64,000 nucleotides of DNA from Bigelowiella natans CCMP2755 (GCA_000320545.1 ADNK01000260.1:62001-126000); one strand, 5' to 3'; shown: positions 25,751 to 41,474, counted from the stretch's first letter. The notes: generated by a model not told the origin, from the sequence alone. Made by a program: numbers and translations.

Positions 25751-27027
25751 TTAATGCAAATTTTGCTCTACGGCGAGACCATCTGAATCGAGCTGTAGTG
25801 CGTTTTCATTATCTCCAATTACATTTTGGGATCCTTTCCCTTCTTCTGCTTCTTCATATATTGCATTTGAATTGGGGTTCAACGGCTCGGAGTTTACATT
25901 AAGTAGCGCCCCAGATTTCATCTTCTTCATTACCATGCTACCCTCATTAAGATTATCCTAATATTCATTATTGCATTTGAAATACAATTAATATTTAGGC
26001 GATACACCTTAAGTGTGGTTGAGAAACCTGTAGTTTCTGCATTAGGAACAACGTGTAGTTTCTGTACTTTATTATTAATCAAGATAGTAACACCTGCATC
26101 TCTCTGCCGGAAGTTTCAATGGGAAGATATAAGCTGGCAACCTAGTTTATCATTGTTGTCTGTGTCAATTTCGCATGCATAGAGACAAACCTCAAATGAC
26201 AATTTAAAGAGGCTCTTATTAGTCGTCAAACCGTAGCGGCGACAGCCATGACTGCGAGCAATAACTCCGCTGCCCACGCGCCTACCCCTAAGAAAAGGTC
26301 CTGGGCTGCGAAAGGACACAACATTCCCCCAATACGTGCGAATGCGTTTGCGTATCCAAACGCTGTTCCGCGAATATCGGTCGGATAGACCTCCGGTGTG
26401 TAGAGATCTAATGATTCATTTTCGTGGGGTAAGAAAACATCTTTAGGAGTTTCCATCCTCATCATCATTAACATCGATTCGACGCCTATATTTTAGCATG
26501 CTTGCATCATCATATTCACATTCTACCATCATCATCAGCACCATCATCATGACTCTATTTCTCATAATTAGCGTACTATTTCTCTCAATTCTACTACATG
26601 TGATAGTGAACGATCCGGTTATAAGCATTCGAGCGAAGAAAAGCACTGCAACATCTGCCTGCGTCTGCCGATATAACACAGATTATTGGAAAAATCACGA
26701 TGAGACACAGCTCTTTGTTCATACTCCTCCTTTACTCGCTATACACTAGTTAAATTGATTTCTTGCATCTTTTTTGTCAGAATATATTATGGTTATGATA
26801 ATGTATTCTAAGCCATCAAAATATGAATTAACACGAGCACCAGTACAGCAATATACTTCACAACCTGTCCGTCAAGCGGCATCAGCACGATGATGAATAC
26901 TGCGGTTCCCCCGAATAGCAAAGCCTGTGAGTTCATATATACGAGAATCAAAGTGTCATGAGATGATGGATGCTTGTGACATCTTCTTCTGATTTAACAT
27001 TCTGGCATGACATTCGGTCGTCTCTGC

Positions 27028-27060
<33 letters not shown>

Positions 27061-27884
27061 GCTGCTGCATCGTCAACACGGCTCTGCTCTCTACTACCTA
27101 GGAAGAAGGGCTACTACCTGGGAAAGTTTCCGACCGATTCTATCCACTATCGAAAAGGAGAGTGCCAGTCCTGGTCGTGTTGTAATCATCAGCAGTAATA
27201 CTAGTACTTGTGACAGTTTAGGAAGAGAGCAGCTCTGACGATTTTCCCTCCTTCACCGCTTTATCTGTCTCTTCCACACACAGCTACCACAACAACAACA
27301 ACAACAACTACTACTACTACTGCCTACTGCTCTATTACCAGGAAGTTCTGCAGCTGTAGCAATGAACACTGCAGTATAATCCGAATTTGTGAAGATCTTT
27401 TGTTTATATTAGGCAGTAAGTAAGTAAGTAAGTAAGTTGTACGGGACCAAACATCATTGTAAACGAATTAGTCCATCATCATCATCATCGTTATCATACA
27501 ATCAAATACAACCTATCTTAACACCAGTATTTGTGTGTGTGCCTCCTCCTCCTCCTCTTCTTCTTCTTCTTCTTCTTCTTCTTTTCGCACTACTACCACT
27601 GCGCATTATACCTCATTATTATCGCAAACATTGCCCTTGTCGTGGTATGTGAGCATAGTAGTCATCAGTACCAAACCTAGCCGTAACATAAGGAAGGAGG
27701 AAAGGAAGGAGATTAATGATGCTGAAGATATTTATTATTATTATTATTATCAACAGTACCACTAACGATAACTACTGCTGCTACTGCTACAACTTTAGGA
27801 AAGAGAGCATATGGAAATTAGGACCAAAGTTACCATAGAACAATGATGCTGCCTTACGCTAATCAGCAATGTACACGTGCGGAT

Positions 27885-27942
<58 letters not shown>

Positions 27943-28153
27943 ATACATATGTTATGTGTGTATTATTGTGTTGGCCAAACCATAGTAGCAGAAACCATTC
28001 GCAAACCAGAGGGTCCAAAGACACTAAAGATGATCACGACGATGACGTTTAATACATGGGTAGGGAAATACAAACAAACTTTGGAGAGAAAAACATTTCA
28101 TGAGACAGACGGGGATTTCGAACAGAAAACGGGAGGAGTATTAGTAGTGACAA

Positions 28154-28188
<35 letters not shown>

Positions 28189-28883
28189 CCATCGTGAGCC
28201 GCTGCCAAGATGGATTAAATAGGATGATCTTCATCACTTCTAGTGGACTAGGCTTTATCATCTACATAACAGTGGTTGTGAGATGGTGATAATGATAATG
28301 ATGATGATGATGATGATGAAAACGATAAGAGGCTACTATCACAACATGATAGTGACGGATGCTATCGATGATCTCATTGACTACAGTGTTGATTACATCG
28401 TCCAAAGGCTTGATTTGTCCCTCTGGAAGGTGACATCCATTTTGCTGTGCAACTTCCTCAAGAACCTTTGTTGATAATGACCACAATTCTCACACTCACT
28501 ACCACTGAATTAAAACAGCAGCTTGAGAATAGCAATCGACCTCCGTTGCCTTCTCCATTTGGCCCGATATGAGGTAGAATCTAGGACTTTCAGGTATGAA
28601 TTGAATAGCGACAAATACCAGGAGGAGAGGTGCGGCAGAGATGACTAGTAGCCATCTCCAGCCCAGTGTTGGTATAATTGCCCAAGCAAGAGCTGCCTCA
28701 AGCACTGTTCCCAAAGACCACCACCCCATCATGATACTTGCCCATCTAGTATTGAGTGGGTGAGTGCAGGGTTAGGCAGGAAGAAAGAGAGAAAGAAAAT
28801 CGAAGAAGAAAACAACACCATCAATATAAATAAAGATGCTCATTTGATGACATAATCATAATTAAGTCGCAGTCTTTACAAGG

Positions 28884-28919
<36 letters not shown>

Positions 28920-29055
28920 GTGGGAACGTGAGCACACACCTTCCTCTATCTGTGGTTGGAATAAACTCAAAGAAATATGTCCACGACACACCAAAACCAC
29001 CAAGTCCAAATCCCACCATAGCCCGTGCAAACAGAATTGTTCCGTAGTTTGGACT

Positions 29056-29092
<37 letters not shown>

Positions 29093-29480
29093 CAGATCAG
29101 CAGTGTCAGTTAGTGAGGAAGCTTCGAGGAGGCGGAGGAGGAGGATAGTGAGAGAAAGCAACCTATATGCGAGCAACACTCGTACAAACACAGGAAGAGA
29201 AAGAGAGGGAGAGAGAGAGAGATAGGAGCGCAGAATTGTATCACCTGACGGCACTGAAAATAGAAAAGACGAATACGAAGGCACAGTCGTAGCACAGAGC
29301 CTTCCATCTACCATACCTTTACATTGGTAGACATTGGTCATATTCACAATAAGAGCTCGTTAGTAATTAGTTGTTAAAGCTCAACGCGTTTTGTTTAACA
29401 ATACTAATGAATGTATTATAGTAGGTATACATATGGATGATTATCCAAATATTTATCATCATAAACTCCTCCTCCTTCTC

Positions 29481-29516
<36 letters not shown>

Positions 29517-29617
29517 TTACTACCTGTCGGCAAGTATTCCCCAGAAATATGTTCCGAACAACATCCCAAAGAAAACGACTGTCGTTAACAGACTAAGTTT
29601 GGCGTTGTCTACGTTCC

Positions 29618-29657
<40 letters not shown>

Positions 29658-30166
29658 ATGAAGAAGAAGAAACACCAAATAGTTTAGAACCCACCACCAC
29701 CATCATCGTCATCACCACCATCATCAACATCGGTGTGGTCTAGCGATTGTTATCACACTACAATGATCTTGGTAGCATGCAGCAGTCAGTCTCCTTACCA
29801 TTCACACTTAACCGCTGGGCCAAGGAAGGACAGCATCATCATCTGACGATCACACGTGATAATAATGATGATGATAGGGTGTTGGCTATAGAGATGCTAA
29901 TTTCTTAATCAAAACAACACGTAGCACCTCCATAGCATCTGCAGCTACGAAAAAACCAGTAATGGCTGCCTAAGCAATGAGAACAAGTAGCAAAGTAAGA
30001 GGAGGAGGTGGAAGCTCAAGAAACGAATTTGATCCAAGTTGTGGCAATTGGCTGTATACATGTTGACGACAACGGTCAATAGTGGTAATAGTAGCATCGT
30101 TGCGACTATATTCGATCGTCGTATCTCAAGATATCCGATATGTGTAAGATGACACTCACACAAACA

Positions 30167-30213
<47 letters not shown>

Positions 30214-30559
30214 CACGTATGTATATCTATATCTACATCTATATCTATACATCTGTGTGTATGTGTATGACATGATATTGAAACAGAGTCCAAATATGAA
30301 TAAATATATACAAGTTTATTTTTCCAAAAAATTTCAACATTTTATACACAACGATTCGTATTCATAGTTGAAATGAAGTATGTGATACATGTATACATAT
30401 AACACGTATAAATACACATATTCATAACATGCATTCAAGCGCAGCATCAAGTGTAAATGTTTAATTACTGACGAGTTTCATTTGTGCTTTGCCAAAACCG
30501 ATAGAATTTATGGCTTCCTCCATGGGGATCTTTCTCCCTCCTTGAGAATCATTTACCAT
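25751..30559 (-). CDS. SVOP: SVOP-like (synaptic vesicle 2-related / organic cation) MFS transporter, multi-exon
   Basis: MEEAINSIGFGKAQMKL; ADAME.MMLSFLGP; GWWSLGTVLEAALAWAIIPTLGWRWLL..FIPESPRFYL; AAELPG; DRIGRK; LYTPEVYPTDIRGTAFGYANAFARIGGML. Start ATG 30559 follows an in-frame stop; probable 5'-UTR intron upstream. Confidence 0.88.
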
Positions 30560-31090
30560 AATTTCCCCTTCAAGGCCTTGTTATCCCACAGACTGCAGAA
30601 TGAAACTCAAGCACAATGGAGTAGATCTAGCTTAAAAAAGAGTGTTTGCTTCCGCGCGCTGTGGAAACTGATGTTGACATAGAGACAGATATAGAACGAC
30701 ATCAATTTAGCCTAGTCGTTAAAAGAAAATACAGGTAATTATTTGATTGTGTAAAAGTTGTCGAAGGAAATTCGTTCTTTCCATGCGACAGTAGCTGGAT
30801 AATATGTTCCTTACCTAATCCAAGGCGACTCCAGAGTTCACTTCCATCAGATCCGAATCATCGTGGTCTCTCTTCCAAATGTGTGCTCGTGGAATTCCGA
30901 TTTTTCTTTGAACGGAGGGGATTTATTACCAGCGACAATCCATAGGGAACTCGCTTAAGAAATCATAGCGTGTGTGCCTTGATATCTCCCCCTCCCCTGT
31001 CAAGGAGCAGGCTTTGTTTAGCACTTGATTACTCGATCAGTGCAATTTTCTTAGAAGCAACGAAGGTGGTGAGGCGTAGGGCGAGTGAAA

Positions 31091-31749
31091 ATGTCGTTTG
31101 AGGTAAAGGCGCTCTACGAATTCAACCCAAATGGGGAAAATCAGCTTGCTCTGAAGGTTGTGAAGCAGCTCTGACTGCAATTTAGATAGCTGTCGAATCA
31201 AATTCTAGTTGCTATCATTTCCATTTCATTTACATTTTTCCAATCTTGGTCGAAGTCTCTTGATTTTTGATCGGAATCATATTTGTTAATTATCTAAAAG
31301 CCAAAATGTTACATTTGACGTATGATGAGTAGGCCGGAGATGTGGTTGAAGTTGTGGACTCATCGAACAAGGACTGGTGGTTTGGGAAAGCCTCTGGAAA
31401 CCAGGTATAGTTCCTATGAAACAGAGATGGCATCCAGACCAGATCCACACCATATCCGTGTTCGTGTCGTAGTGTGTGCGTGCTGCGAATGTTTGTTTTC
31501 TTGCACTACTTGTGCGTTTGCGTGTCTGTGCCATTCTTTTTTAACACCAAAAAAATCTTCTTCAGGGCTACTTTCCTGCAAATTTCGTGCAGAAGTTGAA
31601 CACAACAGGAGATGATGAACAGAAAGCGGTAGTAAATTTGATAAACCACGAACATTGAAACGTTAGTACAGTAATAATCCTCTCCAAAAACAAACCATTG
31701 CATCAGCGCGAGAGGGCAGAAGCAGAATCAAGAGCCGCCGCGGAAGCCC

Positions 31750-31786
<37 letters not shown>

Positions 31787-34700
31787 AGAAGCACGAAGGA
31801 AGAAGGAGGAGGAAGCCAGACTTAAAGCTGAGCAGGAGGAAGCTGAGAGGAGGAGGATGGCGGCAGCAGAGGAAGAAGCAAAACGGAGAGCTGCAATAGC
31901 TGAACAGGCCAGAAAAGAAGCAGAAGAGCAGCGGAAGATACAAGAAGAGGCTGAAAGGCAGAGGAAACAAGAAGAAGAACAACAAGCAGCAGCTAGAGAA
32001 CAGGAGTTAGCAACAGCAGCAGAGAATTCTGCTGGCGATGAAAGAGACTCTGAAGAAGTCATCGGACGAGTCAAGGCATTGTAAGCTTGCCACTTTAATC
32101 CATTCCCCACAAAGAATTAAACAACCACTCTTCATATTGCGCCTCCTTTCCTTCCTCTTCTCTAGTCTGGGAATTCAATTTGTTACTACGAATAATAGGT
32201 ACGACTGCCCTGGCGTAAAGGAAGAATCTCGTTTAAATCTTACCGAAGGAGATATAATTAATCTTTACAACGACACTGATGAATCTTGGTGGTACGGAGA
32301 GCTGAATGGAGATGTTGGGTCAGTTAAAAATAATGATGATGATGATGATGATGATGATGATAATTATCCTCGTTCCTAGGGAATCATATTTTAGTTTTGA
32401 CTGTGTCATCTCAAGTAATAATGAACATTCACACAGATACTTTCCGGCCAATTATGTTGAGAGGGTAGTAGTGGATCCTAAAGATGATGATCCAACACCA
32501 CCGACTCCTAGCGTCCCTTCCTCCGCAAGCAGCAAGCCTGCAGATGTGCCTAATATAGACAGGGTGGTCAGCGGCGAGGCTAAGATCACGACATTGGACC
32601 TACAATCATCACTCGCTACTGACCCATCATCATTATCATCATCGAATGAGAAGAAACAACTTAAAAACGAGGTGGGAGCTGAGGCCCTTCAGGTGGACGT
32701 ATCACCTACTTGTGCAGCGAATGAGGTGTCGGGTAACTACGTCATGGAAGGCAAGCTTCCCCTCGGAAGCTACTTATTTGCTCAAGAGCTTTTGATCGAT
32801 CAGCAACGATCTGCTCATGTTACTGCACTACCAGCACGGCCTGTGACTGGTGTATTCGCAGATTCGATCAGTGGGGTTGGAATAGCGTTCTCTACTATGG
32901 TGCAATACTGCCGTGGATGGTTCTCAAGTTTCTCTCTCGTCAACTTCCAGAAAGTAGAAACTTTGCGGAATTCGTTCACACGATCGCACTCCATCAGCAC
33001 AAAGCTTCCCGTGCATGCAGCCAATGATGCAATACTGCACAATTACCTAACACAACTTTGTAATCGAATCAACGAAATGCACGATAATGACACCTTATTT
33101 GTTCCTGGAGTACTCGCTGTGCCTGCAGTTGAGAAGAAAGGAACACAGCAAAATGGGTACCCATATATCATCGTGCTGCACCGAAAAGCGCGGCGCGTGA
33201 AAGTCGGTATCGTCAATACATCTATGTGTGGAAACGAGTATCACCCTATATCAATGAGGCTGGGTTCCCGTCCATGTGTCAAAAATGGCATTTACATCGG
33301 GGAGTGCGAGCTTGAGAAGGTGGTAGATTCGTCATGGTGGTTCTTCATGACTCGATTAGCAGTTTATTCAGATACCAAGGACCCTGGCCGAGTTTTGTAC
33401 GAGCAGCTTCTTCCTTTCTTTAGTGAGGAGCCAATCTCAAGAACCCTGAGTCGCAATCAGGACGAGAAGGACTATGGAAAGTACACTCATTACTACCCTG
33501 CCCCGATCGGTGGTGATCGTTCTCAAGTACACTGTGTGTGTGAGGCTGTACGGTTGGCCCTGTGCATGACAGGGCTGCAACCTGTCCACGCCAATCACGT
33601 GTCGGTGTGCCTTCGCTGGCAAATGGCAAGGCTCGCAAGTTATGAAGTCAACGCTGGGGAGCCATGCACGACGGACCAACTCGAATTTGCTAGGAGAGCT
33701 ACGAAATTTGCGGCTCGTGAGCTCGCTTCCAACGCTAGAAGGCCTGACACACTTTTGAGTTGGAAGCACATGCGTTGGATGGAGCAACTGTGCAAGTTCA
33801 CCATAGAAGCTACCCCGGCACTCAACACCATTAATCAGTCGTCAGTCCCGCCAAAACTGGAGCTCGGGAAGGGGGGGCGAGATGCGGAGGCTAGTGCTGT
33901 ACGCTCAAATCCGAACTCTCCTACTACAGCTTCTGCTGCTGAAGCAAAAAACGACGACGACAAGGAAGCAGCACCTGTTCTACCAGGCATGGATAATAGC
34001 CCCAATGTGGAAGTAGTGCTTGAGCCACCGCCTCCAGGAAAGCTGAGGTTCACAACGCTGCCCTTCTTCGACAGGTTGAGAACGGACAATGGTTATATGG
34101 GTTCGGTGGAGAATCTTGCTGGACCTGCTGAACTTGTACCTATTTTCCGACCAGTGGAGCTTACCCTCGTCCCTAATCACACTGACACTTTCAACGAGAT
34201 TGCCAACGCAATGCGGCATGCAGACCACCTTTGTATGCTGCTCGAGTTCCAGGCTGACACGCTCAAAAACACGTTTGTCATCAGGACAGCTTTGATTCAG
34301 CACCTATTCACCACCGTGATCTCATTGCCTCTACCACGAAATCATCCTAAAAGAGGACAATGCATGTGGGCGCAACCGATTCGGTACGAGACCCAAGTGG
34401 ATATATTGAGGCTAACCCACCGCCTCTCGCAACACTTTGCGGCTGCTTCAATGTCTCTTCGGGTTACACGGAGCTTTGACGCAGCGAGAATACTTACTTT
34501 CGCTGCCATGGCCACTGTAGCAGATGCTGTGATGAGGATGGTGGCTTTGGACATCCCATCATTGATGTGTGTTCATTTTGCAGGTTTGGCACCGACCACC
34601 CCACGATTTTTCATCCAGCCATTTGGCATTGACATGGGGCCCTTCGAGCATGAAAGCGTGGCTATGCAAATGAGCACGCCTGACCTGGTTACTACACGCA

Positions 34701-37259
34701 CACGAGTCCTTGACTACTTCCGTGGTCTCGGTCGTGAGGTGAAGAACGACCACATGCTGTTCAACTTTGAAACTACTATGTCTGTTACGAAAGCAGAGGA
34801 ACGACTTATCGAGCAACTATGCTGGGAGATTGGCTTTCCAGGAGAATTAGATCCCAACATTAGACCGCAATATCTCGTTGGCAGTGAAAACTACCCTGAA
34901 GTGCTTGACGCGTATCCTGAGCTTGCATATTATCGAGATATTGTGTTTATGTTCAAGTATATGATGACCCCCACGCACTCAGCATTACCTGAGATTCGTA
35001 GATGGAGGCAAAAGGACGCGCGTTTGAAGTGGAATTTCGACCCAACTAAAAGAGAATTTATAGTTAAGGGATTTAAACGCAGCCTTCGTTGCGTAGGAAT
35101 TGTAGAGGAGGAAAAGGAGCGCAGGATGAACGAGGAGAAAGAGAGGCAGAAGCGCAAAGAAAAGAAGGGCGTGTTCTCCGCTATCACGGCAGCACTGTTT
35201 GGCGTGAAATACAAGGGATCTCCGAGTGGTGCCGACGCTGGAAACATCCTTGGCGTGGATGTTGTGGACGAAGAAGATATCCTTCACATCAAAACGCTAC
35301 CAACATTCAATGGACGCCTCTCACAGCGCGACTCGGAACTGTTCCTATCGTATCTTACCGTCCCTTATCTGAGAATCCCACTTCTACTGAACTTCTTCGC
35401 ACATCCTGGAAGGTTCAAGGCCCTGGCTGAGCCACAATTGCAAGCTGTGATGGACGCAGTCTTGTACGAGCCTGACTTATGGCAGGAACATGACACAAAG
35501 GATATACCTAACGAGATACCTACCTATCTGGAAAATCGTCAGTTCTTGGCCACTCCAAACGGCTTACTCTTCAACGAGCTGCAGAGGTCAGCACATGGTT
35601 TGATGAAGTCTCTCAGCGATCTCTTAGAGTTAGCTCTTGAGATGGATACGGGAAGATATCTGGAATCTACTGGACCGATCATCCTTTACGTTACCCGTAC
35701 ACTCGTGCGGGTGGAGGGTTTCATGTTATATCTAATCAAACACCATGAATGGGACAAGACGTGTGTAAACGGAACTGGCTACGAAAGCTTTGTGCGGGGG
35801 TTAGAGATTAACGAACAGCAGTATCAGCAGCTAAAAAGCAAACGGAATGAGCTGAGAGAGGTGCTTAGCGAGCAGGTGTTCCCTATGATAGAGCGATGGT
35901 GTGCGTTATCTATCAAGGAGAACAAGGTCCATACTGCATGCATCCTCCACGCACATCTGGCTTACCTGTACTTACACATTCCTTTCGAAGAGCTAGATAA
36001 GCAAGTCGTTGGCACGTTACTTTCTAGCGGCATCTTCCTCACCACGCGCTACCGTTATCGGCTTGCAGCAAGGAAGGGAGAGGTGGTGAAGAGAATTCCT
36101 GAGTCTCAATGGGAGGAAAAGGAGCGCAAAAAGGGTGAATCTGGCACCGAAGCACTCGTAGGTGGTACGTACGCAGGGCTGCTAATCCCTGACACAGAGA
36201 TGTTCTCGTTGTTTCAAGCCAAGAGATCTGATTGCATGAGGTGGCTCCAGGACCATGCTGAGGAGGCAGATGAGGTATTTGAGACTGTGGTACGCATTGT
36301 GACTTTCACAGGTGAAGTTGGTGATAACAAGCCTATTGCTGTCCGAAAGTGGCGGAATCTGGACGGATGGAGATGCCGGGGCCGCTTCATTCCTGATATG
36401 AAACGACGGAACGCAGAAGAACAGAAAGCAGCTGAGGAGGGGAGGTTGAAGAGGCGTGCTGCTATGGTTGAGGACACGGAGATTAACCTGCAACTGATGT
36501 CATTGACCTTAAAGAACAACACTCTCAAGCTTCTACCTGACGAGATAGCCAACCACAAAGACTTCAAGCAAATTCTGGGAGCTGCGTCCAAGCAAGCTCA
36601 ATGTGCCCCTGTGAAGACAACGCTGCATCGTATGTGGGTACGATTAGTGGGAAGGAGGCATGATGTCAAATTCTGGCGCACAGACAGCCGAAATATGAGA
36701 GATAGGTACCGTGCTCAGGGCAGGGACCTTCTATTTCCCTACACACGTACATATCCGTCGGCCTTGGAGAGCCACGAACGTTGGATAGAGGAGGTGCTTG
36801 AGACGGTATTAGATACCTTCCCCTCCCTTCGAAATAGCAACGATGGATTGCCAAAGAGCTTGTATATTAGAAATAAGCCTCTAAGGGCAAATTCATACGT
36901 AGCAACTCTTGGCGGATATATCGAGAAAGACACGATCGTGCCTGACGAAATGCACAAGCCCAAAAAAGGCGAAAAACAGCGAATGAAGAGACTTGTTATC
37001 TGCAAATCCTTAAAGGAGATAGTGGTGTATCGTAAGACAAAAGTTGTCCACGTATACAACGTCGAAGAACATGGGCGCGTATTCTACCGATACCAAGTTT
37101 TCTCATCTGATAGCCGTTTTAGCTATAGGGCAATGGCACCTCGTCGCCACCCGAGAGCCCCTTGGAATCTACCAGAGAGGTTTGCCTCTAGCATGGCAGA
37201 TTCCTATAAGCTATTTGACACTCCGAAACCCTCCCTCGTCATCACGAGGTACGTAGTGC

Positions 37260-37296
<37 letters not shown>

Positions 37297-40200
37297 CAAC
37301 CAATTCATTATCATATTTTTGGTGACTACTCACCATGCTTGTCATATCTTATTTCTCAAAAGTTCTTTTTGTTTTACCTGGACTGTACTTTGCGAAGTTG
37401 TAGAAATGTCTGACTGTTGTTTGTTGTAGAAACTTCGGCGATTCTAAGGACTCAAGACAGTCTTTCTTGCCGTCCCTCTACCTTTACGGCTTAATACCGC
37501 ATTGTCTCGTAAATAAATACACATTTTGGAGGAACAAATGGGACGATTCCATCACAGGCTACATGAAACCTGGAGCAAGAGCCTCTGTCCAAACACCAAC
37601 AGTCTTACAAATTAGGCTAGTAAAAATGGAGACGTTTTATAGTTCAGCATTGGTAACTCGTGTACCTGAAGCACAGAGCACGGCACTACCAAACTACATG
37701 GTAGGAAAGCTTGAGATGAAAGCCTACCACGACCACTTGAACAAGATGGAAAAAGAACATGGCCTTGTGCTGCTTGATCTTCTAAATGCACGTCCAGGAA
37801 CTATTCAGGCCGAACTTGCAGAGTTTGCGGTGCGGTACGAAGACCTCTCATTCGTGCTCGCCTGGACAGACAGCTCTCCAGATGCTGACGGCGATCTCTG
37901 CACGATAGATCTTATTGAATTCCCCCGCTTACAGATGAGTTTTGGTGCACGAATAGACTCTTCGGGGTCCATTCGTCTATGGTCAACTGATCATTCAGGG
38001 TACTTTATCTCCAACTACCGTTCCCCACGCATCAACCACCTGCTCAGATGTATTCCCCACTCAATGGTGCTTGAAAGCGAACAAGGCGATTTAGCTGTTT
38101 TGGTCCCCTCCCATAGGCCTTCTTTAATCCCTGAGATAAGAGAGATATGCGGCACCGATCTGATGCTCGAGCGTAACAATCTCGGTTGGCTGAGCAACTG
38201 CCCTGTGAGGCACTACTTTTATCCAATCCATCTGTCTCATGCCTTCCTATTTACCCCTACCCTTGCCTCCGTCCTGTACCTGCTTCTATTGCGGTTCTTG
38301 GGTCGGGACTACGCGGGAGTGTTCCGACTTGCAGTATCATGCGTATCTGACACACAACTGTCCCAAGAAGAAGAGCAGATTGTAAAGGAATTAGCTCAGG
38401 TAAAGAAGGATACCCATCCTAACGCACACGCCTGTCGCCTCAAGCTACTTCTCATTACTGCTCACTCGAATATACGCTTACCGTGGAGCATGGGGCCAGA
38501 CTTACACGCCTACATTCTCAAAAGAGATTCTGTATCAGCGGCATGTAGGCTGACGATGGAAGAGGAGAATGTGTGTTTGGCAGCAGGAGATGCAACCTGT
38601 GTGGGACTTGCAAAACGCTCAGTCACGCTCCGAAAATTGTGAGTACGATGTTAAGTATAATAAGACAGCATCATAAATAGATTATACTTTGGTGTGCTGA
38701 GATGGGATGATAAGGAGGGGAAACATAATTATTCCAAATTATTCTTACTCCCAATTCATTATTATTTTTCTAATTATTCTTTCTTTTTATCCTTTCATTT
38801 TTCATATTCTCGGCCCCCCATCCCGTTCCTCTCTCTTCCTCCTCTCCCCCTCACCACCACTACTATCATTTTCATGATCTTGATCATCCTCATTTTCATT
38901 CTCAAACCCTATCCCCCCCCCCCCCCCCAGATACTTGGATGGGAGGCGTCAAGGCAAGCGAGTGATTGCCATTCCAGCTAGTGGGGAGGGCGTGATGTTG
39001 AGACCGCGTGCAAAGCCTTCAGTGGAGTTTGACACTGTGATTGACAAAACCGTCTTGGAGAACACATTCACGACTGAAACAAGCAAGTTCTTCAACAAAT
39101 TTTCCAAAGTGAGTTATAAACGCCCAATGACGGCACAAGGACAAGCTATGATCGGTGAAAGTGCGGTGTCGTTTCTTAGCCAGGCCTTCTCAAAGGGAGG
39201 GTTGCGACTGACAGGTAAGAAGAACGGCCTAGGGTTCTTATTCATATATGAACTCATGACAAAGGGATTGGAGTTTCGCTTGTTACCATCCGACCAACCC
39301 GTGTATCTTGCATCGGTGTTGTCGCGCATGTTACCTGGCAAAGACTCCACGGTAAAGGGTGAGATGATGTCTATTCTTCGCATCTTCGGCCGCAACCCGA
39401 ATCTTGCTAAAGACCCTAATGTTCCAAAAGTAGATCCTAGTAAGCTTGTGTCGGGATTCAAATCTTTGTTTAAAAGCATGGGAAACGCTTTCCAGGACTT
39501 ATTGAAGGAGATGGAGTCATTCCTAGCGCAGCGTAAGGCTCTCATCAAGTGGCCAGAGGCTAAACAAACTCTCCCAAATATGAATCTTTCTAGCGATCTC
39601 ACTGATCCTAGGATGGAGATCAGCTCCTCCTCCAGGGCAACAATAACTCCCAACGAATCGGATTTGGGTAAGAATCTGCGCCTCCTCAAGGCCGAGGCCG
39701 GTGTGGTGTCATTGGAAGAACTAAAAGCGTTCTCAAATTCACCTATGGACATAATCGGTCTATCCAACTACATCACGAAGATGACTCGTGGTGAGAGGGG
39801 TCTTCCTAGTATTCCGTCCAACTTATCGTTCGATCTCTCTGGCCATCCATTTGCCCAAGCACACATTGCCAAGGAAATACTAACACGATTCTCCAAAGAC
39901 GTGGCGTGGTATGCTAACACGCAAAATTCAGGGAAAACCCCCAAAATGCTCACTCTTCTCGATTCGGACATCAAACGGATGGAAGGAGCAGGGGCAGATG
40001 GCCTCATGAAAGCAGCAGCAAAGAAAATGAGAGAATTGCAAAAAGCACTTCAGAACCAACTTCGAGATGATATGAAAGCCATGATGGGGTCTATAGAGCA
40101 GGTGTATGCAAATGCCATTTAAAAATTGTATATATTGATTGGTGCGGTAGTATTTATGGAATAAACGACCATCAGTGTGTGTGAGTGCTTAAAGCTTCTT

Positions 40201-40660
40201 CTTCTTCCTCTTCTTCTTTTATTTGTCTTCGATCGTTTGCCACCGTCTGTATTGACGACGACGAAATGCAAATCTTACTAAGTACTACTATTACTACTAC
40301 TACTACCACCACAGATTCAACAGATGTCAGAGCATGTTTGGAACCCAGATAGCAGCGAGAAAGACCAACTGAGGCAACTTACATTTGCTGCTGCACGTAT
40401 TGGAGGATACGAGCCCCAACCCTACTTTGAGCTGCTCGTTAGACTGACCTTATCTACGCAACAGCGAAGGGATTTGCAGCAAATCAACCCCTTTTTGAAC
40501 CCAAGAGCCTGTGAACAGATCCTGGACAGGTATGCAGTAGTAATGATACAAGGAGGAGGAGGAGGAGGAGGAAGACTTCACTCCCATTTAATCATTGTAT
40601 GATAGATAAGAGAAAATGAACGTGTGGTATATCATCGATTCTTGATAATGCGTATCGCCT

Positions 40661-40698
<38 letters not shown>

Positions 40699-40960
40699 AA
40701 TATATATTGATATGTATATATTGATGCAAAAATAAATAAAAAATGATAATAATATAGTAATGACAATGGTGGTTATAGGATTGCGGTGATGTTGATGACC
40801 GCAAATCGTGTTGGCCAGTGCCGACGGTGCCTCTTACAATCAAAGGAGGTACTACTAGTAGCAGTAGTAGCAGTAGTAGTAGTATCTTCCAAGCCAAATC
40901 CGACGAAGAGGAAGTTCTTAAGAAAGAAGATCAAGAGACACACAGAAGAGAGAGACAGAC

Positions 40961-41006
<46 letters not shown>

Positions 41007-41443
41007 GGCGAGAACGAATGCATGTTGATTGCAGCAATATTGATGATGATAGTCATTGTGATATGTTGGTGGTTGTGGTGTTATATATTGTTGGGTACTA
41101 CAACTACTACTACAACTAGGTATCTGTGGTCCTGGATCGATTACGGAGATTAACGGCCAATGGAGAAACACAAAGGGCTAGTCTGGAGAGGCAAAGCTTA
41201 GTGCTCAAGGCAGAATGGCTTGCAAAGAACCTCCACAGCAGAAGGTAACGTCACATACACCACTGCTACTACCACCTGCTCATGTTCAGAACTGTGTGTG
41301 TGTTGTTTTTGTTATGTGTCTTCTTCTTCTTCTTCTAATAGATATTTCACGAGAAAGGATGATAGCAACAACAGCATCGGATATGACCCTCGGTATCTCG
41401 TATTCGAGTTCACCTATAATATCCTGCTAAGACATAGCCAGGT

Positions 41444-41474
<31 letters not shown>

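Noticed and set aside
32306-37429. The 1707-aa ORF as a standalone gene, viral gene or transposon ORF
   Set aside because: Both ends are intronic (poly-M start, poly-S end). It splices to SH3 exons upstream and to the 37430 exon downstream, and no RT, integrase, transposase or capsid motifs were seen.
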